Below are positions 19,317 to 28,141 of a stretch of DNA of 64,000 nt, piece by piece (position 1 is the stretch's first letter; each line of letters opens with the position of its first letter). The DNA comes from Escherichia phage vB_EcoM_SA35RD. The notes under the pieces are model-generated. The model was not told the DNA's origin. It searched no databases and saw only the letters and a list, made by a program, of their open reading frames with translations. Position numbers and translations under genes: made by a program. Location: the sequence record OL960577.1. One strand, given 5' to 3'.

Positions 19317-21403
19317 TATCCTTGGACAAATTTAAACGGAACTGATTCTAAATCCATTAAAGATGCTAACAATTTCAAACCTTTAGGTGCACTAGTTTTT
19401 TCTACAAATGAAGCAAAAGATACCGGCTCATCTGATTCGATTTCACCCGTCATAGCAACCACATCGCCTGTTTCCATGAGAACATCGCCATCGTAAATGA
19501 CAGCTTCGTCCAACTGGTCCGAGGACATGACTTCAGCTTGAATAAATTTAAGGTTGGATTCTAAACCTGCACCAGTATCAGATGACGCATCTGTAATTTT
19601 ATTTATCTGCAAGAGGATGCCTCTAGGCAAAATAATTTCTTGCTCATTAGGGTGATTACTCAACTGTCCTGGATAAATCACGTTAACTTTATGGGCACCA
19701 TCAATAGCCCATCCGACGTTAACACGGATTTGTTCTGGTGCATGTATAGCTGTTCTTACTTGACTAGGAGAAATAGTAACACCTTCGTCATTATTGTCAA
19801 TGTTAAGCTCTTTGCGAACTTCTTCAGGAGCAAGTCCAAGGGCAACGTTCTCTTTAAACCCACCGAAAATAATAGGAGCTAGTGAAGTGGAAACATAGTT
19901 TCTGAAGTAGAATACCTTATTTTTAACCATTGCTTCGTAAATAGGCATTCTGATAGACTGAGCTCTATATAACGTTAGTCCTTCAGGTAAACGGTCTCCA
20001 TTTAAAAACGCCGAATCAAGACCATCAATAGCGCGTTTAACTTCATCTTCATCCGCAACATCGTAAAAATCTGGTTTATAACGACCTAACAACATGTTAT
20101 TGATATCGGTATACGCAGAAGAGGCGTATTCACGAATAGCTCGTTTTTCAGCAACAGAGTATTGTTTAGGGTCCCGATTCATTGTTATATTAAAGGTGCC
20201 TCTAGCCGATTCTCGTGCATAAGTATACATCACATTAGACAAGAACGCTGATTTACGTTGTTTCCAAGTTCTTTCAGATACTTCAGCTAAAACGTCATCA
20301 GGCAGTTGGAAATTATCACGTCTAAAATCTTCAAACCATTCGTCTTTAATAGAGTCTGCAATTTCATTTGCAGCTTCAACAAAAGCAGCTAATGCTTTAA
20401 CAGATGTTGTTTTTTCGGTTTTAATTTTCTTAGCAAACTTTTCTAAAGTCGGCTTAATAACACTACCATAAGAAACTTCATCGGCAAATTTAAAGGATTC
20501 ATCAATACGATTATAAATCTTATTTTCGATATCAGCAACTAAAGTGCCTTTTGCTGTGGACGATGCTTGGGCTAGTACGATTTCATATGCTTCAGGAAGT
20601 AATTCGGCTGTAGCCGGGCCACTAACTTCTTTAGCAGAATTTTCGTATTTCTGGAATAACTCACCTTCTTGGCGGTCAGCTTCTAAAGATTGACTTGCTG
20701 CAATAGCACGACGAGAAATTTTAGTACGAGCAATAACAGGCTTATCTTTACGTTTTTCTTCTACAGCAGCAATAGAACCAGCGATAGCCGTTTCTTTGGT
20801 GACCTTTTCGCCGGTCTTTTTACTCACATAAACTTCGCCAACATCAGAATCTACTTTCGTGTACAACTCTGTGTTAATGTTAGGGATGCCTTTAATATCT
20901 TCAATGTTGGCATTTTTACGAACCATCATCACATAGGTGTGTTTACCTGTGAATTGATACATTGCCGACAATACTTTAAAACGACCACCGGTTTTAGTAG
21001 AAACTAAACGAGCAAGAAGAGTTTGAAGCTGTTGTCCACGTCCTTTCAATTTCTTGGTAGGGAACCGGAACAGAACTGCATCCATACGAAGAGCTTTAAC
21101 CTGTTCATATACTGTATTGAAAATAGTGTTGATTGCATCAATAGGAGCAGGGCCAAGGCCATTTTTCAATTCAGCGAGATTACCCTTTTCAGATAGACTC
21201 ATAATAACAACATGAGCGTATTTGTCGCCAAGTTTAACTTGTTTTACTGCGTCGCCTTCAGAAAGGTAAGAGAATAAGCGAACTACGATGTTTGTATCGA
21301 TATCACCAATTTTCCAGACTTGTGGAACTTTAGCTTTAGGGTTCAAATTGACGACAGGAAGACTGCCTTCAGATTCAAACACTTCATTTAATTGTTCAGA
21401 CAT
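19316..21403 (-). CDS. alt: Alt ADP-ribosyltransferase (packaged; modifies host RNAP alpha)
   Basis: 695 aa (T4 Alt 682 aa); position between ligase gene 30 and gene 54; assignment by size, synteny and overall similarity to my recall of T4 Alt. Confidence 0.8.
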   Translation of the reverse strand: MSEQLNEVFESEGSLPVVNLNPKAKVPQVWKIGDIDTNIVVRLFSYLSEGDAVKQVKLGDKYAHVVIMSLSEKGNLAELKNGLGPAPIDAINTIFNTVYEQVKALRMDAVLFRFPTKKLKGRGQQLQTLLARLVSTKTGGRFKVLSAMYQFTGKHTYVMMVRKNANIEDIKGIPNINTELYTKVDSDVGEVYVSKKTGEKVTKETAIAGSIAAVEEKRKDKPVIARTKISRRAIAASQSLEADRQEGELFQKYENSAKEVSGPATAELLPEAYEIVLAQASSTAKGTLVADIENKIYNRIDESFKFADEVSYGSVIKPTLEKFAKKIKTEKTTSVKALAAFVEAANEIADSIKDEWFEDFRRDNFQLPDDVLAEVSERTWKQRKSAFLSNVMYTYARESARGTFNITMNRDPKQYSVAEKRAIREYASSAYTDINNMLLGRYKPDFYDVADEDEVKRAIDGLDSAFLNGDRLPEGLTLYRAQSIRMPIYEAMVKNKVFYFRNYVSTSLAPIIFGGFKENVALGLAPEEVRKELNIDNNDEGVTISPSQVRTAIHAPEQIRVNVGWAIDGAHKVNVIYPGQLSNHPNEQEIILPRGILLQINKITDASSDTGAGLESNLKFIQAEVMSSDQLDEAVIYDGDVLMETGDVVAMTGEIESDEPVSFASFVEKTSAPKGLKLLASLMDLESVPFKFVQG

Positions 21404-21444
21404 AGTGTTTTCCTTTTAGTAATAATTTATATTTATGCCAAAAA

Positions 21445-21458
21445 GAGCCCGAAGGCTC
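21445..21458 (-). terminator. Terminator hairpin upstream of alt
   Basis: GAGCCUUCGGGCUC on the minus transcript followed by UUUUU. Confidence 0.55.
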
Positions 21459-21668
21459 TTAATCCACAATCGGAAGCAAAGTACGATAAACTTCAAAATT
21501 AGAGCCTTTTTCGTACTTATCGAAATTGTCCATAAAAATATGATAGGAATCGTTATTAGGAAAATCTAATATAATCTGAGAGCAAGAGGTGGAAACATCT
21601 CCACCATCCTTCTTAGCTACAATAACTGTTTCTAAATAAGCTTTCATTATAAACCTGTCTGGGACCAC
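21459..21668 (-). CDS. Hypothetical small protein (69 aa or shorter)
   Basis: ORF between ligase and the terminator; overlaps ligase stop by 22 nt; start uncertain (internal Met MKAYLE possible). Confidence 0.45.
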   Translation of the reverse strand: MVPDRFIMKAYLETVIVAKKDGGDVSTSCSQIILDFPNNDSYHIFMDNFDKYEKGSNFEVYRTLLPIVD

Positions 21669-23140
21669 GGTCCAAATACGTCTTCAAATGAATCCGCTTC
21701 TGTTTTATCAAAACGGAACCCTTTAATAATTGGAAGGAAAATACCTACAGTGCCTTCACGGCCTTTAGAATGAACCCAACCATTGCATTCACAATCAGCA
21801 ATACGTCCAATCAATTTACCTTCACGAGCTTCGGTCATTAATCGTTCACGGTCTAAATCATGACGCTCGTCTAAAGGAATAAGAACCTTTACACCGTCAA
21901 CTGTTTTATGAGTTGTATCTTTAAAACCTGAACCACAATCAGTTGTAATACGACGACAACGTGATACGAGTTCGACACCACCTAATTTGTTAGGGTCTTT
22001 AGAGTGTTCATAGTATCCTACAACTTCTAAAGCGATATCAATAACTTCTTTAAATTTAATTAGGTTCTTAGAGCGTTTGTTTTCCCAATATGAATCACGG
22101 TTTTTAAGGATAATACCTTCAAGACCTTGGTCAACATATTTTTTATAAACCACTTTAGCTTCGTCAAGATTACGAACTAACTGATTTTCAATTGGCTCAA
22201 TTCGCTTAAAGCCTTCAGCCATATTTTCAAGAGCAGCAAAACGAACATCGTATTTCTGACCTTTAATTTTGCCGTCAGAATAGACTTCATCTAAAGGAAC
22301 ATAGTCCCAGGCTTGAAGAACCATACCTTCCGCTTCTTTAGGAGAAATAGTCCCTTGAAGAGATTTATTTGCTAAACCGTTTGAAGTGCTACGGTCCGCA
22401 ACTTGTACTTCTTCGGATTCTTCATTATCACCAAATAAGAACGACAGGTCATTTCCTGAGCTCACAGCCTTTTTAATATCAAATGAATGATAAACTAATT
22501 CACCGTCGATTAAAACCCCATTAGGATGTCTTTCACGAGCTTCTTTAGTCATTTCCATCAGTTCATCCGCTAATAGAGTAAGACCATGATATTCGTTACC
22601 GGCACGAGAAAAGAATTGAACACCGTCATCGCGAACTTCAGCGAAACAACGAGCACCATCTGCTTTTAATTGGGCAAATGCAGGCCATTTAATATTTTTA
22701 GTAATCAATTTCTCATCATATGCAGATGCTAACATCTGTGGTTGCAATTGAATAAGTCCAGGCCACACCTTATTCGCGATAGACACTGAAGCACCTACTT
22801 CAAGGTCGCGCATCATTACACGACGAAGGACTTCTACATCATCAGGTTTACCGTCAGCGATATAACCCATGAGCTCTTTAATTGCAGCATTACCAGTGAG
22901 TTTACGAGTGGCTAATGTGAACTCAATAAAATCCAACATGTCATCTAATTCAAGAAGACCGTATGCTTGAGACCTTTCACCTGGCCCCGGCCATTTCTTA
23001 ATATAATACTGGATACCACGTGCATATGTTAAACGATACACACGTTCAAGTAATTTGTTGTCCTTATTTTTCTTAAGGATTTCTTGTTTTGTTTTAGTAG
23101 AACCGATCGCAGCTATTTGGTTTAAAATATCTAAAATCAT
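21647..23140 (-). CDS. 30: ATP-dependent DNA ligase gp30
   Basis: 497 aa; adenylation motif AQLKADGAR; N-terminus MILDILNQIAAIGSTKTKQEILKKN like T4 ligase. Confidence 0.95.
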   Translation of the reverse strand: MILDILNQIAAIGSTKTKQEILKKNKDNKLLERVYRLTYARGIQYYIKKWPGPGERSQAYGLLELDDMLDFIEFTLATRKLTGNAAIKELMGYIADGKPDDVEVLRRVMMRDLEVGASVSIANKVWPGLIQLQPQMLASAYDEKLITKNIKWPAFAQLKADGARCFAEVRDDGVQFFSRAGNEYHGLTLLADELMEMTKEARERHPNGVLIDGELVYHSFDIKKAVSSGNDLSFLFGDNEESEEVQVADRSTSNGLANKSLQGTISPKEAEGMVLQAWDYVPLDEVYSDGKIKGQKYDVRFAALENMAEGFKRIEPIENQLVRNLDEAKVVYKKYVDQGLEGIILKNRDSYWENKRSKNLIKFKEVIDIALEVVGYYEHSKDPNKLGGVELVSRCRRITTDCGSGFKDTTHKTVDGVKVLIPLDERHDLDRERLMTEAREGKLIGRIADCECNGWVHSKGREGTVGIFLPIIKGFRFDKTEADSFEDVFGPWSQTGL

Positions 23141-23406
23141 TTGATGTCCTCGATTTTGGTTACGGTTCTATTATAAGCCACTTCATCTAGAAGCGATTTC
23201 AGCGTTTTCTGATAAGTGGTAATCCATTTACCGAGACCTTCAACATAGTATTCTGAAATGTAGATGAACCCTTGTTCAACACACTCTTTAAATATTTCTG
23301 CGTCTTTTACTGAACGAAACAATGGCCAGTCTCGAAAGAACATGTTAACGTGACCGTAGTCACGTGTGGTATTTTTGCCATCTGTAATATCATGAACTAC
23401 AAACAT
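23137..23406 (-). CDS. Hypothetical protein (89 aa), 30.1-like position
   Basis: ORF with ATGA overlap to ligase start. Confidence 0.6.
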   Translation of the reverse strand: MFVVHDITDGKNTTRDYGHVNMFFRDWPLFRSVKDAEIFKECVEQGFIYISEYYVEGLGKWITTYQKTLKSLLDEVAYNRTVTKIEDIK

Positions 23407-23415
23407 AATTAACCC

Positions 23416-24231
23416 TTAACAATTTATAGACCAAGTCCATTTGGACGAATCTAAAGGAAAGTTTTGAATCGTCCACCATGGCTGCATATCGGTTGGTCCT
23501 GGGGTTCGCCAGGTATACGGATTCGACGGAGCGCCAATTTGATTAGGCCATGCGCCTGGACTTGTTGCACCAGATTCTTTAAGCAAATCCGCCAATCGTT
23601 TTAAAAGGTCTTCACGATCTGAATCTGAATTATGCTCGGGTGGAACCAAACGAGATTCAATATCATCCCACGTGTGTACACGTTGTGCAGTACGAGGAAT
23701 GGCATCACGTTCACCACGAGCCAACCAATAAATCGGTACATTAAGAATTTCTGCTGCATGGTCACAGTGATGAGCTAAATCGTCAACGTAACAAATCACG
23801 TTATATTTTGTTTTAGCTAGTTCAAATAATTGTTCTTTTGAAGAATCATGACCACACATCATTACTTCAGAGAAAGCGCCTGGGAACAAAGCATTCAAAT
23901 TAAATTGTCTATTCAATCGAGCATCAATTGAATCACCTAGCGCCGTCACAGCTACAAAATTATAGTCTTCTTTTAGTTTATTGATAACTCGAAGAGCATC
24001 CGAATAAGGCGCTAAGTAACGAATAAAATCAGAGCTATTATATTTTTCTATTAATTGTTTACCAAGGTTATCGTCGGTATTGAACAGTTTACCAGGAGAA
24101 ATAAATTTTTCGTCCTGAATCATTTTTAAAATATGTTCTAATGGAAGATTATATTTTTGGGCAAAATAAGGAAGTCCAGATTGCCAGCTTAAACATACAC
24201 CATCAATATCAGTCAAAATAGTAGGCTTCAT
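23416..24231 (-). CDS. HAD-superfamily phosphatase-like protein (30.2-like position)
   Basis: 271 aa; N-terminal HAD motif I LTDIDGV and motif IV-like VDDL; resembles 5'(3')-deoxyribonucleotidase-type HAD enzymes. Confidence 0.6.
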   Translation of the reverse strand: MKPTILTDIDGVCLSWQSGLPYFAQKYNLPLEHILKMIQDEKFISPGKLFNTDDNLGKQLIEKYNSSDFIRYLAPYSDALRVINKLKEDYNFVAVTALGDSIDARLNRQFNLNALFPGAFSEVMMCGHDSSKEQLFELAKTKYNVICYVDDLAHHCDHAAEILNVPIYWLARGERDAIPRTAQRVHTWDDIESRLVPPEHNSDSDREDLLKRLADLLKESGATSPGAWPNQIGAPSNPYTWRTPGPTDMQPWWTIQNFPLDSSKWTWSINC

Positions 24232-24695
24232 AAAGAGTCTCTTAATAGGTTTAACACATCAATAAATTCGGCTTCGGTTAATATTGTATCATCTTTTGTT
24301 AGGTGGCTGGCCATGCTGTGCTTCAAAATTTTTCCTTTAGAGGCTTGTAAGGCATCGCGAAACCCCTTGTTTTGGATCGCGGCTTCAAAATATGCATTTG
24401 TGTATAATTCTTTCCACGCTTCAGAGTATCTTGAAAATGGAACTCCTAACCAGAAGAGAGTCCCACGGTCCTGAGCTCTTGCGTAAGACCTTCCAGCTTG
24501 CTGTGCAGCCAATCCAGACAACCCAAATATATGTCTTTGTTGTTCAACATTTTTCACCTTACATCCTTGGAGAAATCCTTCAAGACCTCCGAATTGAATA
24601 CCATCCATAACAAAAGGCCATTGAGCAAAGTTACTTAATGCACATGACGGCCATTTGAAATTACTTCTTATTTCTAATTCAGACATCTTTAACAC
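24228..24695 (-). CDS. NADAR/YbiA-like (DUF1768) protein
   Basis: 155 aa; LSNFAQWPFVMDGIQF…EGFLQG…ALQASKGKILKHS parallels E. coli YbiA FSNFAAWPIKVDG…SEHYFQ…LLLATAPAKLVEH, but H of EHYFQ is replaced by G. Confidence 0.55.
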   Translation of the reverse strand: MLKMSELEIRSNFKWPSCALSNFAQWPFVMDGIQFGGLEGFLQGCKVKNVEQQRHIFGLSGLAAQQAGRSYARAQDRGTLFWLGVPFSRYSEAWKELYTNAYFEAAIQNKGFRDALQASKGKILKHSMASHLTKDDTILTEAEFIDVLNLLRDSL

Positions 24696-24897
24696 TTATA
24701 ATTTCAACATCAGCCCAATGTCCATATCCAGGTATACGGTCTTCGATAGATAAATTTCTGTCATTTTTAGGCATTTTAATTGACGTAACGTATGGTTCTA
24801 AACGGTTTTCCGCGTAATATGGAAAAACGTCGGTTACACGATAAGTAACTTCAATCATTTCCGTACCAAACAATTTCTGGATTAATTTATTCAACAT
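24679..24897 (-). CDS. Hypothetical protein (72 aa)
   Basis: ORF with short overlaps to both neighbours in the 30.x cluster. Confidence 0.5.
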   Translation of the reverse strand: MLNKLIQKLFGTEMIEVTYRVTDVFPYYAENRLEPYVTSIKMPKNDRNLSIEDRIPGYGHWADVEIISVKDV

Positions 24898-25084
24898 GTT
24901 TCAACCCTTTAATAGGAGATAACTCTTTACCCATACGTATGTCAGAAGTCCAATCAACCCATTGAACAGCATACGCTTCATTGATAATTCCAGCGGCGGT
25001 TTTAAATTCAGGGAGAACTTTAAAAATCACCCCAGGAATTCCAACACCTTTTAATTGGACTGTTTGTGCTATTAAAAATTTCAT
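24887..25084 (-). CDS. Hypothetical protein (65 aa)
   Basis: ORF overlapping the downstream gene start by 11 nt. Confidence 0.5.
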   Translation of the reverse strand: MKFLIAQTVQLKGVGIPGVIFKVLPEFKTAAGIINEAYAVQWVDWTSDIRMGKELSPIKGLKHVE

Positions 25085-25138
25085 ATTTTTCCACTTACTA
25101 AAGAAATCATTATACTCTAATCCGTCCTTGGATGTAAA

Positions 25139-25753
25139 CTACTTAATGAAATTAATTTCTACCGGATGAACAACAGGTTGAGCAGTGATATATTGAGTAA
25201 TTGCTTTCATGACTAGAGCTTCAGAGCCAGGATTTTTCTCAACGAATTCACGTGCTTGGTTATGAGCTTCAAGTTCACTTAGTAAACCACTTCGTTGACA
25301 TCCACGGTCTTGAGTACCCTGTTCAGATAAAAAGGCGACGATGTATTTTTCATCGTCATAAGGTTTAGGCAGTTGAGCAAATGTTCCTTTACTTCCAAAA
25401 GGAGAGTTATGACGCCACATCACGCCGTGAGGAGTTTCAACCTTCGTATATTCGTGTGGGCCATTTTTCTTAGTTTCTTGATGTGGAACTTCATGGACCT
25501 TAGGGTTAGGACATTCAATAAAATGCTCATCTAAATCAGTCGAGAATATTAAAGTAAAACAATTACTAAATTTACCAACACCTGCCTGATAAATTTTACC
25601 TTCAGACGTTCTAATTTCACAAACCGAGCCAGCATCAGTAACTTCTAAAACTTCAAAAGGCTCGATAAGATCATATGAGAACATGTTTTTAAGGCGTGGA
25701 GTAATATCCCCATTTTTAAAATTCATTTTATAAAAAGTATTAACTTTAAACAT
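25139..25753 (-). CDS. Hypothetical protein (204 aa)
   Basis: Long ORF with SD; no family recognised. Confidence 0.65.
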   Translation of the reverse strand: MFKVNTFYKMNFKNGDITPRLKNMFSYDLIEPFEVLEVTDAGSVCEIRTSEGKIYQAGVGKFSNCFTLIFSTDLDEHFIECPNPKVHEVPHQETKKNGPHEYTKVETPHGVMWRHNSPFGSKGTFAQLPKPYDDEKYIVAFLSEQGTQDRGCQRSGLLSELEAHNQAREFVEKNPGSEALVMKAITQYITAQPVVHPVEINFIK

Positions 25754-25765
25754 AATTTCCTCAGT

Positions 25766-25781
25766 GGGAGCCGAAGCTCCC
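25766..25781 (-). other. GC-rich tetraloop hairpin between genes
   Basis: gggagCCGAAgctccc; UUCG loop on the minus transcript; no clear U-run. Confidence 0.4.
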
Positions 25782-25788
25782 AGTTAAA

Positions 25789-26154
25789 TTAGATATCGAA
25801 TTCGTTAAGAACTACATCAAAGATTGCTTCGAGATGTTCAGGTTTAGCTCGGTTACTCAGGATATGACGAATCCAAGTTTTAACCAGAAGTTTACGATTA
25901 ACACCATTCCAGCAAGGATGAGTACCTAAATCACGTTGACGGAAATCATCATCTAATGCAATTTTGAAGTTGGAACCTTCCATCGTGATTGAAACCGTGA
26001 TGCCATTTTCAAATCGCATATAAACGTAATTAGGAGTCATGCACTGTTCGATTTCACAAACTGTACCGTTTTCGTGTTTCCATAAGCAAATAACTTCAGA
26101 AGAACCAGCGATACCATTAGAAACATATTTACGTTCGAAGTTGATGTAGTTCAT
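25789..26154 (-). CDS. Hypothetical protein (121 aa), CMTP-motif family
   Basis: ORF with own early promoter and SD (GGAGAATAAA-ATG); weak similarity to the neighbouring 122-aa ORF. Confidence 0.65.
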   Translation of the reverse strand: MNYINFERKYVSNGIAGSSEVICLWKHENGTVCEIEQCMTPNYVYMRFENGITVSITMEGSNFKIALDDDFRQRDLGTHPCWNGVNRKLLVKTWIRHILSNRAKPEHLEAIFDVVLNEFDI

Positions 26155-26195
26155 TTTATTCTCCAGATGTTTAGGTTGTTTGTTGATACAGGTCT

Positions 26196-26224
26196 ATAAT
26201 AACATAACCTGTACCAAAGTAAAC
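26196..26224 (-). promoter_or_regulatory. T4-type early promoter
   Basis: GTTTAC, 17 nt, TATTAT; 7-bp dyad (TACAGGT/ACCTGTA) flanks the -10. Confidence 0.55.
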
Positions 26225-26228
26225 TGTT

Positions 26229-26597
26229 TTATGCAACTTTAATCCAATTGTCTAAATTTAAAACACCTTTGGCTTTCATTTTTTCGATCAGGTTATCTGC
26301 TGTAATGCGTCCATTTTGATACCATGTAACATCTTCAGAGTAACCAGTTTCTTCGTCAACATATGTTTCTGAACGAATTTTACCGGTAATAATAGTTTTT
26401 AATTCGTATGTGTCACCTGTGAAAAAGTTTGCTAACACAATTTTCCAAGAGAAATCATCAGAAGGACCTTCAGGGGTCATACAACCTACGAACTCAAATT
26501 GCTCTTTGTATAACATCCACTGGAATTCTTTAATTTCGATAGCTTTATAACCATCGTGGTCTTTACATTTGATGTATGAGTTCAGATTGATTTTCAT
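26229..26597 (-). CDS. Hypothetical protein (122 aa), CMTP-motif family
   Basis: ORF with own early promoter; shares CMTP and W-x-NG motifs with the 121-aa neighbour. Confidence 0.65.
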   Translation of the reverse strand: MKINLNSYIKCKDHDGYKAIEIKEFQWMLYKEQFEFVGCMTPEGPSDDFSWKIVLANFFTGDTYELKTIITGKIRSETYVDEETGYSEDVTWYQNGRITADNLIEKMKAKGVLNLDNWIKVA

Positions 26598-26639
26598 TTT
26601 GTTCTCCAGGTTGTTTTATTGATTAGATGGTACAAGTCT

Positions 26640-26668
26640 ATAGTAACACATCCTACAGGAGAGTAAAC
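26640..26668 (-). promoter_or_regulatory. T4-type early promoter
   Basis: GTTTAC, 17 nt, TACTAT upstream of the 122-aa ORF. Confidence 0.55.
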
Positions 26669-26704
26669 ATCTTTTTAAACTTTTTCTGCCCTAAACGCAC
26701 AAAA

Positions 26705-26722
26705 GGGAGACCGAAGTCTCCC
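26705..26722 (-). terminator. Intrinsic terminator hairpin
   Basis: GGGAGACUUCGGUCUCCC followed by UUUU on the minus transcript; same element as after genes 23 and 35 (opposite orientation). Confidence 0.65.
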
Positions 26723-26727
26723 TAAAA

Positions 26728-26907
26728 TTATGCAACAACCTTTCCAAAACGAGAAGCATCATCTCGAAGAACTGCACGTGCTCTGCGCATGATCTTCTCA
26801 ACTGTTTGATTAATACGAGAGTTCGACCCACGCTTGTATCCAGCGCGTTTAGAGGTACCATCAACTTTCTTTTCAACTGCTTTCTTTGCTTTAGCTTGTT
26901 TTGCCAT
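26728..26907 (-). CDS. Hypothetical 59-aa Lys-rich basic protein (not in supplied ORF track)
   Basis: Hand-translated: MAKQAKAKKAVEKKVDGTSKRAGYKRGSNSRINQTVEKIMRRARAVLRDDASRFGKVVA; ends 5 nt before the terminator; modest SD. Confidence 0.45.
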   Translation of the reverse strand: MAKQAKAKKAVEKKVDGTSKRAGYKRGSNSRINQTVEKIMRRARAVLRDDASRFGKVVA

Positions 26908-27069
26908 TATAAATTCTCTTTAAATGAAAATGCAGGACTTATTGACATTGCCTGCGCAAGCCCTCAAGGGGAACATAGGTTTTGGATATTTAACGACAGG
27001 ATAACCATAAACCCGTCATCATACCACCAAGACTTACACAGCTAACCTTTTGCTGACGCATGATAGCAA

Positions 27070-27318
27070 TTATTTCAAAGTAATAACAAAATGACGAACT
27101 GCTTTACGTGCGGCAGAAGCCAGAGGCTTAGCATATTTCAATTCATCTTTAGCTTCCAGCGCAGCGGCCAGAGTAGCCTGAGCAGGATTCAGATGTTTGA
27201 AATATCGCAGGATTTCCAGTGCTTCGGCTTCAACATCAATCGACGCGCCGTAGTTTTCGTGACCGTTATTCCATGCGTTTCGTTGCAGTTCAAGAGCGTG
27301 TTGTAATTGTTTAATCAT
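27070..27318 (-). CDS. rIII: rIII lysis-inhibition accessory protein
   Basis: 82 aa as T4 rIII; position immediately downstream of gene 31; preceded by a late promoter. Confidence 0.7.
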   Translation of the reverse strand: MIKQLQHALELQRNAWNNGHENYGASIDVEAEALEILRYFKHLNPAQATLAAALEAKDELKYAKPLASAARKAVRHFVITLK

Positions 27319-27434
27319 TTTAAATTCTCAATTCGAGATAATATTTAGTAGCCACGTTCGTCTGAATTTCACCTTCTTTCGACAAGTCTCTCAGTTGTAG
27401 GCTACCGCTTAGAAGAGTGTTCTCTTCATATAGT

Positions 27435-27442
27435 TATTTATA
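27435..27442 (-). promoter_or_regulatory. Late promoter (TATAAATA on minus strand) upstream of rIII
   Basis: Exact TATAAATA on the minus strand in the 31-rIII intergenic region; a 6-bp stem hairpin (GAAGAG-AACA-CUCUUC) follows in the leader. Confidence 0.45.
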
Positions 27443-27775
27443 TCACTTATAAAGACACGGAATAGCTTTATAGTGGCATGTTACGAATTTCTGTTTAATT
27501 TCTTTAGGTTGTTTAAGTCCCAAAGCCACAAATGGATGTGGAACATTTCGAATTTGTCCAACTGGTAGTGGAGTCAAATCACCGACTTCAACAAAACCTT
27601 CAGGAACATCAGGACCTACAGAATGAACTACACATAGTTCAGGAACTTCACCTTGAACACGTTTACCAATCACAAGTCCTGATTCGGTAACTTCTTCATC
27701 ACCTGCTTGAGCGGGTTCAGAAACCAGAATGACATATTCACCAACAGCACGAATTGGGAGTTGTACTTCAGACAT
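27443..27775 (-). CDS. 31: Co-chaperonin gp31 (GroES analogue)
   Basis: 110 aa; [66 protein letters not shown] typical of T4 gp31. Confidence 0.9.
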   Translation of the reverse strand: MSEVQLPIRAVGEYVILVSEPAQAGDEEVTESGLVIGKRVQGEVPELCVVHSVGPDVPEGFVEVGDLTPLPVGQIRNVPHPFVALGLKQPKEIKQKFVTCHYKAIPCLYK

Positions 27776-27805
27776 CTTATTTCCTTGTTGTTTGACGATA
27801 GATTA

Positions 27806-27830
27806 ATAATACCATAATATTCGTAAAGCA
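27806..27830 (-). promoter_or_regulatory. Candidate MotA-dependent middle promoter for gene 31
   Basis: Minus strand TATGCTTTA (MotA box TGCTTtA) 12 nt upstream of TATTAT; motif-only call. Confidence 0.3.
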
Positions 27831-27832
27831 TA

Positions 27833-28141
27833 TTACATAAGAAGCAAACGTTCTACCGGAGTACCATCAACCGAAATTACTTTATCAAGGCGGAAAGAAC
27901 GCCACTGACCTAACTTGGTATCGAATGCTCGAACTGATTCACGAGGTTCAGAACGAACTTCTGTTGCCGGATTGTTATTTTCATATTTGACTTCAAGTTC
28001 ATCGCGAGAAGCAAACATAGTACGAACATCACCGTTAGCCTTTTCAAATACAACACAATGAACGCCTACAGACAGAATAGTTTTAATACGTTCACGAAGA
28101 ACCATAGTTTCTTGTTCAGTTAAAATCATATTATTCACCAC
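27833..28141 (-). CDS. Hypothetical protein (102 aa), 31.1-like position
   Basis: ORF overlapping the cd stop; position as T4 31.1. Confidence 0.6.
   Translation of the reverse strand: MVNNMILTEQETMVLRERIKTILSVGVHCVVFEKANGDVRTMFASRDELEVKYENNNPATEVRSEPRESVRAFDTKLGQWRSFRLDKVISVDGTPVERLLLM

Noticed and set aside
26691-26876. Listed - strand 61-aa ORF (MKRKLMVPLNALDTSV…)
   Set aside because: Runs through the terminator hairpin and has implausible composition; an alternative frame on the same strand gives a cleaner 59-aa basic protein ending before the hairpin.
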